Both the position numbers and the translations under genes were made by a program. A DNA stretch of 63,225 nt from Psammoneis japonica (taxonomy: Eukaryota), in NCBI GenBank assembly GCA_008632985.1, contig QPGO01000122.1, positions 186,001-249,225 on the forward strand. The letters are read 5' to 3'. Under the pieces are notes generated by a model. It was not told the origin of the DNA. It was given only the letters and a program-made list of their open reading frames with translations, and ran no database searches. Below are positions 13,112-25,200 of this stretch, piece by piece (position 1 is the first letter of the stretch; the number at the start of each line of letters is the position of its first letter).

Positions 13112-13515
13112 GGTGAAGAAGCAACCTGCAGCTGCACATCATTGACAAAGCCACCGACACTGATCGGGTGCTTCATCATTCCGCCGCCAACTTTCACCTG
13201 GCGGACAACTTGCGGGAAAACTGGCACACGTTCTCAAACAATGTGCCATTGTGTGATTCCGCCACCGCATCTCGTGTTCGAACCGAGTGCCCTCCTGACC
13301 ACGATCACTTCTCCGAGGAACTCTCCGTTGCCCGTCAGGCTAACTCTCTGTACAAAGGGCACTTCGGGTGCCTTCGTGTGTGCATTCCTGCCCTTCTTCT
13401 GTTTGTTTTGTTGAAGGGAGAGTCCGATTTGACACGTGACGGACCGGTTGCAGTTCAAAACGGCAAAGCACGCAGGACAAAGTTCGGTTGTGCTGGGAGA
13501 GCGTGTCACCCCAAG

Positions 13516-16500
13516 ATGCCTGGTTCTGCCAAACTGGCCAAACCAAAGGCTGCTTGCGGACTTGATGTCTTTGAGCCCGATGACAACTTTGACGCCAACG
13601 AGACCTCCAAAATCAAGGCGATGGCAGCCAACATCCTTGGCTCGATTCAGCTTTGCGAAAATGAGGTAGAGCTGAAAAAACTGAGCAATCCACCGCCATT
13701 TAACTGGTCACTTTGGTGCGAGGAATGCTCGCAAAAGTTGGGCAATGAAATGGGCTGTCTGTTCTTCAAACGTGAGGACGTCACTGTGCAGGGATTGTGC
13801 ATTTCCCGGGGTCAAGACTGTGATGGTCACTGTGACAATAAAAACTGCATCTGGCGTTGATGTGGGAAGACAGCTGCAGGTTGCTTCTTCATTGTGGATG
13901 CCTTTGGTGACATCTGGTCCTTCAAGGTTGTCACCAACAGCAGAAGGACCATTGGTCAACACTGCGACGACCAGTGCGACATGAAGCCCATGCTCACTCG
14001 CATGCACCACAATCGAGCTCAGCTTGATTTTGCACTTAAAGACTTGGACTTGCAGCACGATGGTCCCACCCACCCCGATGTGTGGCTTTCCAGCATTGCA
14101 TTCAAGCATCTTTCCCTTGACGACAACAGGCCGTGGGACAATGTTCTTGTTGGTGGAGGTGGCGACTCTTCACATGTCGAGGTGTGCACGGATCGACTCA
14201 AGTTCCCAACTTTCCCAGTCAGGGACTTCCACTCATCTGCCCCAGTCACAGTGATCTGCCATTTCAAGAACATTGTGTGCCGATCGGGTCCCGACCCAAA
14301 ACGAGTCATTCGTTTGGCGATCCATGCTGGTTGTCCCACCGGATGTCACCGATTTTACTGCGTGGGGGACAAGCATCTTCCTGGCCTTTGTTGCGAAGGT
14401 GCTGACCCGTTTGTCAACTTTGCCGATTGCTTGCAGAACACATTTGGGGTGCCACACGGTGACCCACAGGTGGGTGGGATCAGCCCTGCCAATTTGACGT
14501 ACGAGAAATTTTGCGATGCATTTCTAGACCCTTGTTGCGTCGGAACCGTGAATGACCTGATTGACGCAATGGTGGAAGAAATCTATGCTGCACTTCTCTG
14601 GACAAACAACAATGTCAACACCAACGAGTTCTGTCCCAACTTAATGGAACAACGGTGCAAGGCAGCGTGTGATGCTTGGGCAGACCGGGGAGCAGATTTC
14701 AGTGAGATTTGTCTCATGTTGGTGCTGCAATGTCTGGTGCTGGCAGGTGTCGCAGTGAAAGACCACACAAGACTCAATGACATCATCTGTCCTGTCTTCA
14801 ATTTGGGAGCTGCCGCACAACTGGGGCATGTCCAACCAGAAGAAAGGCCGCTCATGCACCAAAGGATGTCATCCGAAACAGGAACCAAAGAGCATGGTTG
14901 GAACAGAACCGAGCACAAACTTTGTGAGAATTCAGACAATCGCTGCACCTGCATTTTTCACTGTGTTTTCCAAGGACCCTGTTCAGGACAAGACCTGTTT
15001 GCCTTCTCTCCCTCTGGCCAGCGTCTCCGCAAGCCACATGGGTCAACCGAGTGTGAAATTTTGGAGTGTGTTGACGACGACCCCAACCTTTGCCAATCAC
15101 AAGACAATGCTGAATCGCGCACATTTGTGTGTGAATCAGCCATGCAATCCGACGCTGCCAGTGTTTTCTCCATTGTTGATGGACTGCCCGCAGACAATGA
15201 ACTTAGCTCATTGTCATCGGAGGAGTCTAGACTCGCCGCAAACAATGAACTTAGCTCATTGTCTTCAGAGGATTGTCGACTTGACGCGGAGAAAGAACCA
15301 AGTTCATTGGATTTGGAGGAGTCTCGACTCGCTGCAGACAATGAACTCAGCTCATTGTCTTTGGAGGAGTCTGTGTTGTCGGAGGACTGCTCGTGTCCTG
15401 ATTCTGACTGCCGCGTTCCAATTGTCACAGCAGATTCTGTTGTCCTTCAGTCGCAGGATCAAGAATCCGATGAAGATGATGCAAGCAACGCAACCGCGTA
15501 CGATCAACCCGAGCCACCGGTCCTTTCACAAGTGCAAGATTTTGACATGGACAAACATGTGAATGCCATTTTTGCGCAAGTCTGTCAACAGCCGAAGAAC
15601 TCCTGCAATTGTTTGGTGTCATGTTTTTCACAAATCTTAACCCGCAACATGGCTCCTCCTGTGCTTTTGTTTCACATTGTCATGTCATCCCCAGACAAGA
15701 CGGAGGTGCAAATGTCCTGTGGCTTTGCATGACAAGGCCCGTCATGGCCGGAAACCTGACATGGGATGAGACATGTTCGGACCATGGCGTGGAGGCTGTC
15801 CGATCCACTCAGCAAAGAAGAGATGAGGCAAGGTGTCAAGTTGTTCAGGATCTCCACACGAACTCAAATGTTTGTGCATGCACTGTGTCCCCACAGGATG
15901 GCAGCCCCGCTTGTCACTTGAATTGCAACATGTCTGCCAAGAATTTTGCCCAAAGGGTCAAGACGCGGTTTGGAACAGTGATTGATTTTAAGAAAAGTGG
16001 CTTTGTTCAGATCTGCATGGACCACCACTGGATGCAAAAAGGGGAGTGGCTGCAGTCGACACTCGGAAATTGCTTCTTTGGTGAAAACCCAAGGGATGTG
16101 ATGGAAACGTTGTTTCATCCAAAGCTCCAGAGGTGCCGCGTCATAATCCCGTGCACCATTTGGTCACTGACCCAAACCGCGTGCAATTTGGATGACATTT
16201 TGGAGTGTGCACTGGTGCAGGCCATGACACAGGACATGGCATGTGAAATGGTGACGCTCTGCCAGGCTTCCCAGGAGATTGTGGAGGAGTGCCGTGTGGA
16301 TTGGCTGGGAAAACCATCTGACCAGGAAGCATCACATTTGGGAGTCACGGAACAGGAAATTTGGGAAACGCCACCACATGAAGAAGCCAATTCAGTCCTG
16401 GAGTTCCTGCGAGAGTGTGGAAATTACAACCAGAAGGAACCGTTCCCGTTCCTGTCCTTCGAGAGGAGAATTCCCGATTGGAGGGATGAGTTGAGGAAAT

Positions 16501-16604
16501 GGCCCAGGAGTTGTTTGCTGTGCTGGTTCCCAGTCGGATTTGTGAGTGGATTGTCAAAGCAGGTGAGTGAACGTTGTCTCTGTTGTCCTTGTCGTCCCGA
16601 TTAA
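13516..16604 (+). pseudogene. Large uncharacterised transposon-borne gene, full-length arm B copy
   Basis: ATG at 13516 (MPGSAKLAK) in the spacer, one in-frame TGA at 13858, then ORF 13894-15732 and ORF 15609-16604 (intron or frameshift between them). Confidence 0.5.
15193..15372 (+). repeat. 48-bp coding tandem repeat (NELSSLSSEESRLAA), about 4 copies; about 3 copies in arm A at ~11680-11812
   Basis: aatgaacttagctcattgtc recurs with period 48. Arm B has one extra unit, accounting for 612 vs 596 aa. Confidence 0.85.
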
Positions 16605-16640
16605 GTTTTCTGCTGCTGTTGTCGGATGCTCACATGCTTT

Positions 16641-19600
16641 TCACCTGCTTTTGTGAAACAGCTCTCCCCATGCATTTCTGCGGTCTTGAACCACCCAAAC
16701 ATGCTTTGTCCTGTCGTGTGTCTCAGCAATGCCAGGTTGCTCCTCATGCACCAACAATTTGTCGCCAACAGCGTCGATGGGCACCAAGAAAAGCTTGGGT
16801 GAGTGCACTGTTTGTTCAGCAGAGGACAAGTTGTTGTTCTTCACTTGGTCCAATTGCCAGCGACTGACCAGGTCGGTGTGTTGCATTCATTCAACCATGG
16901 TGCGCTTGTCAGGCTGGTGCGTGCAAGGGTGAACGACCGCACACAAGTCACCGTTGCTTTCCCTTTGGAAGAAACAGTGAAGTCTTGACGGGAAGCACAA
17001 TTCCCCCCCAGTTGTGCCAAAGTTGACATTCGCCCAGTCATGAACCGGTCCTTCGCTGTTGCAGTCTGGGTGTGCACGGCAAGTGTCTTTCCTGTTCTTG
17101 TGGCGGAATTCGGTTTTGCAAACAAGGTTGACGGTGAGGTCACCTCCTGCTCCAACGCATTCCCTCCACTTCTTTTGAAAGAAATGGAGCAGGACCGGGT
17201 GAACCTGACATTGTTTTTGCTTTCCATGCCAGAGAAAGCTCACTGCATTGTTTGTCGCACTGCAGGTGATGGCAAAGGTGCTGCCACCCAGTGTGTGACT
17301 GTCATTGCCACGTGCAACATCCTTTCGTCCAACTCTCGATGTGATCCATGGGTTGGCCGACAACGCACGGTGCACCGTCATTTGGTCTTGCATGCGCGAC
17401 GCAACCTGACCCAGGAAGATGTCAAAGCTGCACTGTTGTGCCGTGGCAGATGGCAATTTGAAAAAATCCTCAAGCAAAGATTCTCCAAGACCAGAGTCAA
17501 AGTTCGTGGCATGACACAAACAATGTAGAAAGATTGGAAGGTGAAGAAGCTCGTGAAGTTTCTGCAGCTTCCACCCAGCCCCTTCGTGTCTGGGGGAGCA
17601 ATGTACGACACGAGACACCAGCAACCAAATTTTCTTTGAGATTTTGGTCAGGTCAGTTGTGTCGGTCGGTGGGTTGCCGAGTTGACACCAAGCATGGAAG
17701 GTGAGCAGGTCTTCCAGCAACTGGACGTATTGCCCAACACTGCAACTAAGGGGCTTTCTCTTTTTTTTCCTTTTCCGTTGATTGTGGCTGTTGCCTTCAT
17801 CCTCGGACTCGTCCGGTTGGTGTTCCACATTGTCGTCTGCATCCGTTTCGTGCGGATCATCTGTTCTGTCATTGGAGTGATGATCGTTGCCATTGTCGCA
17901 CTCTTCCGGCATGTGACAGCGATTGATTCAGAACCTGGGTGTCCCACGCCCTGACGGCAATGGGGGATTGTCTTGGTCTTCCTGGAGAAAACAAGATTCG
18001 CAGACATCTCTGCCTTCCTTTGTCAGCAGCAACAAATGAAAAACAAAGGACATCCCCGCCCAATGATGTGAGTTGAGGCAGGTGAGTGATGTGGCCCCAC
18101 CCTTGAAATTGGTTTGTAAGAAAGAGTTGCACATGGGTTGGTGATTGCCAAACATTTTTTCCACCAATCTGTCGACCTCGCTTCTCACTGAGTTTGTCAT
18201 GCTGTCGACAAAAACACCAACCTCCCTTTTTAAAGTTCCGTTTTCAAAAAGGTGCATCATGTTGCTTGCCATGGAAAGGGTTGCTCCGAACGGCTGTTCT
18301 CCGAAATCTGCATTGAGCAAGCTGTTGGTGGGCACATTGTGCTGCTTCATGCAATGAAGCTGCTGCAGCCAGTGGTTCCTTTCTTGCTTGTCAAGACTGA
18401 GATCATTTGCGTGGTTCTGGACCAACAAATTGTCACCAGCCCTGACTGGTTCGCACTCCTTCCAAGGGTCGTCAAGCTCATTGCACCCGGTCATGCAAAA
18501 CCTGGAACAACGTTGGTGACAGTTCTTGGCGCCACACCCACCCACAAGGCAGTCACCACTCTTCGCATCTCCATTGATTGGGGTCATTGTTGGAATGACA
18601 TGAAGGAAACGCATCTCATCACCGCGTTGAACGTGGCAGCAAAAGCCACCGTTTTCCATTGTGTCCAGCAGAGGCTGGAGTGTTGTTGCCAACACCTTGT
18701 GACAATCCCGGATGCTTTGGCCCTTCTCCAACTTTCGAGCGTTAGATTGCTGTTTGGCGGCGGAGGAGGACATTTTTTCTAGGTCGGGAATGCAGCCAAG
18801 GACACGCCACTTCGCTCTGTCATGCCATTGGTTGCAGGCAACATGAGCCGACGCAACTGTGACGGGTTCTCCGCAGGAAGACGACATGGAGGCTGTCTTC
18901 CCAGTCTTGTCAACGTAAACCATCAAACATTCGAGGAACTCTTTAAGAGGATCCAAGACCCTGGCTGCGCACGTGCTTCTGCACCACTCTCCTGCCAAAA
19001 CACACTTGTCGTGCTTTCCCTTTGAGACATGCATTCCGCATGGATCAGCAGTGTCGGCGAGATTGCTGGGGTTGGCCCATGTGCAAGCATCCAGCATGAA
19101 CGATTCCCACACATCTTTGAAATTCCATCGCGGAACTCTTGCTGTTGTCTCACCGCGTTCCCCATTGATGCTTTCTAGGTTGACTGGAATCATCTCGCAC
19201 TCCGGACCTGCAAAAGATTTGTGCAGGTTCTCCATCAGTTTGGTCCGGCGAGGGATTTGCGTTCCAAGATGGAAGGTGCTGCCACAGTGTCTTTTGATGA
19301 ACTTGGCGATCTTGTCGCACAGATGAAGCGGTGCTCTGCAGTCGTCTAAGAGCTTGCACAGCTCCACACAAGCACCGTTGAGGTTGCAAGAGATGGCATG
19401 CGCGCAAATGTGTCTTCGGCTGGGCTGCGGCACACCTCACCCAATCGGCTGTCTTCACTCTGCGAATCATCTTCGTCTGAGCTGTTTGATTTGTCAGGAT
19501 TTGCAACTTCGGAGCCCTCCATTGTGACATCTGGCAGCACGTCAAACAAGTCATCTGGTGACAAGCTGGCTTCAGAAGACAAGTCCAGGGACATGTCATG

Positions 19601-20037
19601 AATTTCCTTGTGATGGGATCGCGACCCAAGAGCGGAAATGTCATCATCAAAGGGTGGTGACCATGGTTCATCGCTTCTGTCATTTTCGTTGTCAGTGGAC
19701 CCAAGCCCAATGTTCGCTGCAGATGCACCTCGTCTGGACCGCCTCAGCCGTGGCTGTGACGAGTCATCTGATGAGGAGGAATGTCGAGATCAACCGACCC
19801 ACATCTGCGAGAGAATTTGTTGCCAATGTTGGAAGTTTTAGCCGCAACCCTTGCTGACAACTCTGGCATTGGGCAGTTTGTGACTGCATCACAACGTGAC
19901 AAGTTGGACATCTCTTGAGCAAACGAAAAACACAGCGGGTCATGATGGAAATGGGTGAGCATCCGTCAGAAGGATCGTTTGCAACGGGGACATGCCACCA
20001 CACCACCCCCACCATGCCAACCACCGTTTCCTTCCAT
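16641..20037 (-). pseudogene. Plavaka-type transposase, disrupted, arm B copy
   Basis: ORFs 17928-19433 (VYVDKTG, VLGCIPDL, NGDAKSGD, MMHLFENG), 16887-17912 (KLHELLH..NFD..GE) and 16641-16886; mirror of 7017-10412. Confidence 0.72.
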
Positions 20038-20352
20038 TTGTTGTTGCAGCAGGTTTGTGGGCTGCCCAAACACATGTGTGTTCGAATGGCAGCACCGGTT
20101 CAGTTCGTGAAAAGTGAAATGGTTCAGGCGGCAAGGAAGGAAAACACGACATGAATTGGCGTGAAAACATGGGTGCATTGTGTTCTTCCCATCAATGAAA
20201 ACATCAACAGGTGAGAATGAATCGAGTGCATTGCAATGATTGACAACTTTGAGCATGAACAACTGATTGCAAAGGTTGTTTTTCTACGGAAAGGAGAAAA
20301 TAAGTTGTGACGTGATGAGCCGTGATGCGCCACAGCAAGAAGTCTGGGAGGG

Positions 20353-21458
20353 GTGCACCCACACCTGCCACAGCACCAGACACAAACGTTGCAATCAACA
20401 ATGAATGCTGTTGTACAAAATGACCGCTCAACGGCACACCAACCAAACAACTGCTGGAGGAGATTTGAAAGTTTGACAATCATGACGGCAGATGGAAGGC
20501 AACAAATCATGGAATCGGAGTGTGAGGCGGCTTTTGATGAATTGGATCGTTTGACACAAAGTTTGCCACAAGGCAGGATGGTGCTTTCTGATGACACGGG
20601 TGTGGCTTTGATTGAGTTTGAGAGAGGCACACATGCGGTCAACCCGTGCCTGCACGTGACGCGATGGACCTGTTTCGTATGATGAATGAGGAAGACATCC
20701 AACAAAGGTGGCGGGAACTGTGGAAGCAGAGGTGCAACCACATGGTTTGGCTGCACGAACATGTGAGTGATTGGAGCACAGAAGTGATTGAGTGCATGCA
20801 TGCCAGCACAGGCATGATCTCAATTCATGATGACCTGAACTGGTTGAATGGCGTCGTCAACCGTGGGATTGATGCTCGCCATCACCAGGAGCATTGGGGC
20901 TGCATCGCGACTCACCAAGACAGGCAAGGAAGGATGTGCTGTGTCTGCAGCACTCTGCACAATGAAGGAGAGAAAGAGCTGAGGGATGAATTTGCAGCGG
21001 GTGCGTGTGACGACACAAAACTGGTCATTGACAGGGGAGACGTTTCGAGATTGAGACAGAATTCGAGCGTCAGCATGCCAACCCATGGCATGGATGAGAC
21101 AGGCACTTGCGGACCATTGGGAGAAACATTGGCGAGGGGAGGCACATGCGGACTTGTGATGGACAAGAAGGGAATTGTTTGCGATGCATTAAAACTGGCA
21201 AAGTGGTTCCAGCATGACATCGTGCGAGACAACCATGAAAAACTTTGGCTCTGTGAGCAAATGGAGTTCTTCAGGTTGTCTCCAGGGACAGTCAATGAAT
21301 GGATGCTGGACATTGTCCGGAAGGAGGATGGTGAGCGGGAGAAATTTCAAAGCAGGAGAAAGGAAAAGCATTGGGTGGAGAGACGTCGTCGCGTTGAAGT
21401 TAACGAATTCATGAGAATGCGTCAAGGCGGAGATGAGGGCTTTCACCCACATGACTGA
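20353..21458 (+). pseudogene. Uncharacterised transposon-borne ORF, arm B copy (frameshifted)
   Basis: ORFs 20353-20682 and 20646-21458 together match 5577-6701. Confidence 0.5.
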
Positions 21459-21959
21459 CTGTTCCGACAGCAGGCGACACATCAAGTTGAGAGTTGTGAA
21501 GTTAGAGGGTGATGACAAATTGGACCAGAGAAAATGATTTGGCGCCAAAAAGGATGGATGTGCTCAGGCCCCAACAGCAAACTGGAATGACGTTAAAGCA
21601 GGTGAGGGGTGTGTTCATTGCAGCAAAAACAACTTTCACAGGTGCACATTTCACAATGATGTTTTGAACAAAGTGCTTTTGCAAGCAATTTACACTGTGG
21701 AAGTGGATTTTGAAATTGCAGCAAAAGAGAGGTTTGAACTGGAATTCGCAATGATTCAAAATTTTCATGAGATTACAAGGAGTGGCAAAATGGTTAAATT
21801 GTGTGTGCATCAAAAGATTTGGTCAATTCTCCATCATGTTGCATTTGAGAAAAAGGAATCATTGTTGGTGACTGCAAGATTTTTGGCATTAAAGAGAGGT
21901 TTGAAAATTTCCCAACGATGAAAATGGCTGGGACACAAGGCATGGAGCCACCCACAATT

Positions 21960-22235
21960 TGTCAGAAATTGAAGGCAAATGGCAAGAATTCAAACAACAA
22001 CTCCTTGCTGCTGTCTAAACAGCAGATGAGTCTCCGCTCAGAGACCGTTGCAGGAGCCGAAAGACGTGTAAGTCGGCACAATCGGGCCACTGTCATCATT
22101 CTTGTGAGCCTTGTGGCTCGAAAGCAAACTGCATCGCGCGTAAACGCGCGGAGCTAAAGCACACAAAACTGTGCACGGCAAACTGAACAGCGCGCGATGC
22201 TTCGCGCGCACCTGAATCCTGTTCAAATCCTGTCA
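21960..22235 (-). repeat. 3' LTR
   Basis: tgtcagaaattgaagg...gttcaaatcctgtca, a direct repeat of 28802-29078. Preceded on the minus strand by the purine-rich aactggggag (22236-22245, PPT). Confidence 0.95.
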
Positions 22236-22239
22236 CTCC

Positions 22240-25200
22240 CCAGTTTGCTTGAGGAGCCACAGAAACAGATTCGACTTCGGATGGAATGAAGTTCCAGAAC
22301 ATGAGGGGGCGGAGAAGGTCCCAGATTTGGGAGTGACCCCAATGCTTGCTGAGAATGTCAGCAGGGTTGCGGGAGCCTTCGATGAAGTGGAGCTCAAGGC
22401 AACCAGAGGCAATTGCCTCACGCACACGGTGGAACGACAGTGCGGTGTGTCGCTTGTGTAACTTGGAGTGCGGGATGGTGGCACTGTCTACAACCGACTT
22501 GTTGTCACCGAACATGTAACCAACGTTGCGGATCGGGACGCCAAGGCAGCGCAGGGTGATGTGCAGGTCGATGATCTGCTCAACACAAGTCCTTGCGGCA
22601 ACAAATTCAGACCCACAGGTCGCAGTCTCCACGGTGGCTTGTTTCTTAGAGAACCAATCAGCCGGGAATTTGTTGAGGAAGTGGAGCATTCCCATGACAG
22701 AGCGTCCGGTGAGCATGCAATGGTGCAAGTTTGCATCGACGTAGTGGGTGGCAGTGACGAACTTGCCAAGGGGCGGTGGAGCATCCTTCGGGATCATCTC
22801 TTCTGCTTCACCATACACGGAATGCATCCATTCACAGGCCGGAGCAGGGAGATCCGAGTGGTCGGGCTCTTCCGTGCGAACGCGGAGAGCACCGTGTCGC
22901 ATCTTGGAGAGGCACCCACAGACGCGTTTGGCACGATCCAAGTGGCCTTGACGGGGCGCAGCTCGGAAGCTAGAGAGTGACATGACGGCCGTGGCAATGT
23001 CAATTCGACCAAGGGACACTGCCCATTGGAGTGAGCCAACAAGAGACTGGAACTTGTGAATGCCATCGGGTCCCAGCAGTTCGGAAGTGTCCAGTTCGGG
23101 GTGGTCACCCTTCTCTAGAGGTGACAGGGCGTTGGTGGCAGGTTTCTCCCCAAACAGTCAGGCACAGCTGTCGACCATGCGCTCGATGTACTTGCGCGGA
23201 GACAGGCACAAGGTTCCGTCGGGTTCCCGGGAAAAGTCGCAACCCAGATGGAACTCAATGGGTCCCGCACCCTTGAGCTTAAACTTGTGCCTTTCCATGA
23301 GAGTGTCGACGAAAGATTGAGGGTCCTTCATGGCAATGGCGAGGTCATCCACATGAACGGCAATGCATTCATGGTGGTCGCCGTTCCTGCGCATCCAAAT
23401 GTCGGGTTCGGCGCGGCAGGGGAAGAAGCCTTCAGCTCGCAGGCAGTCGGCGAAGCGCTCGTGCCAGCGGAGACCGGAGCTGCGCAGTCCATGCAGTGCC
23501 TTGTGGATGACAAGGATGTGTCCTTCGAGTTTGCCGAACTCGGGTCCAGCTACAATGTAAAGCTTCTCCTTGGTGGTGGCTTCAAGGTGGGCATTGCCAA
23601 TGTCGGTGGCCCATGTCTCCAACTCGTTGAGTTCGGCCAGGAAAATCATCAGCCGAAGGCCACGGAGGGAGACCACTCCGGAGCAGACACTGTCGACAGG
23701 TGCGTCCGTGAGGTGCCCGTCGGCTACGAGTCGTGCCTTGTGGCGACCGTCGTGTTTCACGTCGCACACTGGGTGCACTCGGATCTTCTTGTGTCCCGCA
23801 GGAGGAGTGGAAGACTTGAAGGGCCCGCAGTCATGGAAGACTTCACATTCGTCGAGTTGGTCCATCTCGAGATTAGTTGCGTCTCCCCACTTGCGGTTGC
23901 CGTTGCGTTCGTCTAGTGACATGGCGTGTTTGTAGTTCCGGGGAACTTCGTGTCCACACTTGCAGCGAGGTGCAGTGCGGAAGGAGCGAAGCTTGGCTTG
24001 GTTGGCCATGCGAAACAGCTTCTTTTGGCGCCTCGCGATGGTGCGGAACCGCTTCCAGCCATCCGTGTCGAGGAGTCCGTTCTCTCGTGCATAGATGGCA
24101 CAGGTGACGGGGTCGTCCTTGGCGATGATGGCAAGAGGCTCGGACGTGATCTCCCCACTTTCCCATTCAAGCATGATGTTGTAGCTGGAGCCTTTCCAGG
24201 TTGGGTCGTGAGGCTTCAGAGGTCCTTCGTGTGACACGATGCGTCGAAATTTCCAAACAGTGGTGTCTTCGTCTTCTTGCTCAATGTGATTCATGATGTC
24301 ATTGCAGGCAAGGACTTCTTCGTATTCGTCATTGTTGACAGAGCAGACGAACTCAGTGAGCTCGGGATTGCCGTTCACTTTCCATTCGTGGTCTTCGACG
24401 GCCTTGACGATGCGAGCTCTGTGGCGTTGTCCGTCCTCTTGTGGCTGCATGAGGAAGGTACGTCCAATGATGTCTTGCGGATCGAAAACTGGCATCTTGG
24501 GTGTCCTGATCTCCCCATCAGGAGAGTCGACGGGGTTGTCGTCATGGCGAGATTTGATGATGGGTTCAGGTGGCTCCCCATCAGGAGGATCAAGACGCAG
24601 GTTTCGAACGGCAGGATCGGGGGCAGCGGAGCGGACGTTGGACCGGTGGAGGATCTTCTGAGTCTCGTCAGATAGAATCTTGAAGGTCATCTGGTGGCCG
24701 ACGTGCTCAGCAATGCCAACAAAGCGTCCACGCAACTCACGGGATTCGGACGGCCAATCGGAGTCATCGAGGTGGAAGCACACGGGTTCCCACCAGTGAA
24801 AGCGAAGCAATGGGCTGATGTCCGGGGTGGAGCCAGTGAGAGTCTCGAGGGGCGTGCGCCAGTGGAGACGTGGGGACGCTGCATGGTTGAGTGTGAAGCA
24901 CACGTACATGAGCACCAGCAGCCATGTGTGGGCGGGCGAACCAAAACGATCCATGACAGTGTTCGCCATGCGCTTCACGGTCTGGTGTCGACGCTCGGCA
25001 AAGTTTTGGTGTTGCTGGTGAGGCTCACTTTGCCAGCTAGAGATGAAGAGGGCGCGTGGGATCCCGAGCACTTTGTTGCTGATCTCAACTTGAGCACGGT
25101 CGCTAATGAGTTTGGATGGGGCACCACGTTCACGGATCTGATCCTCGAGTGTGTTGACAAACTCTTTGTCCGTCTCAGTGCCGCAGACGTCAGTGACGGT

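Larger units (their letters stand above)
3398..13134. repeat. Left arm (A) of a ~9.7-kb inverted duplication
   Basis: The reverse complement matches 13871-30772 once the copia insert is removed. Outer end catcagagcgcgaaacacagtg (3398) pairs with cactgtgttttgcgctctgatg (ending 30772). Inner end gcaacctgcagctg (13134) pairs with cagctgcaggttgc (13871). Mirror-image ORFs of 331/331 aa and 596/612 aa. Confidence 0.93.
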
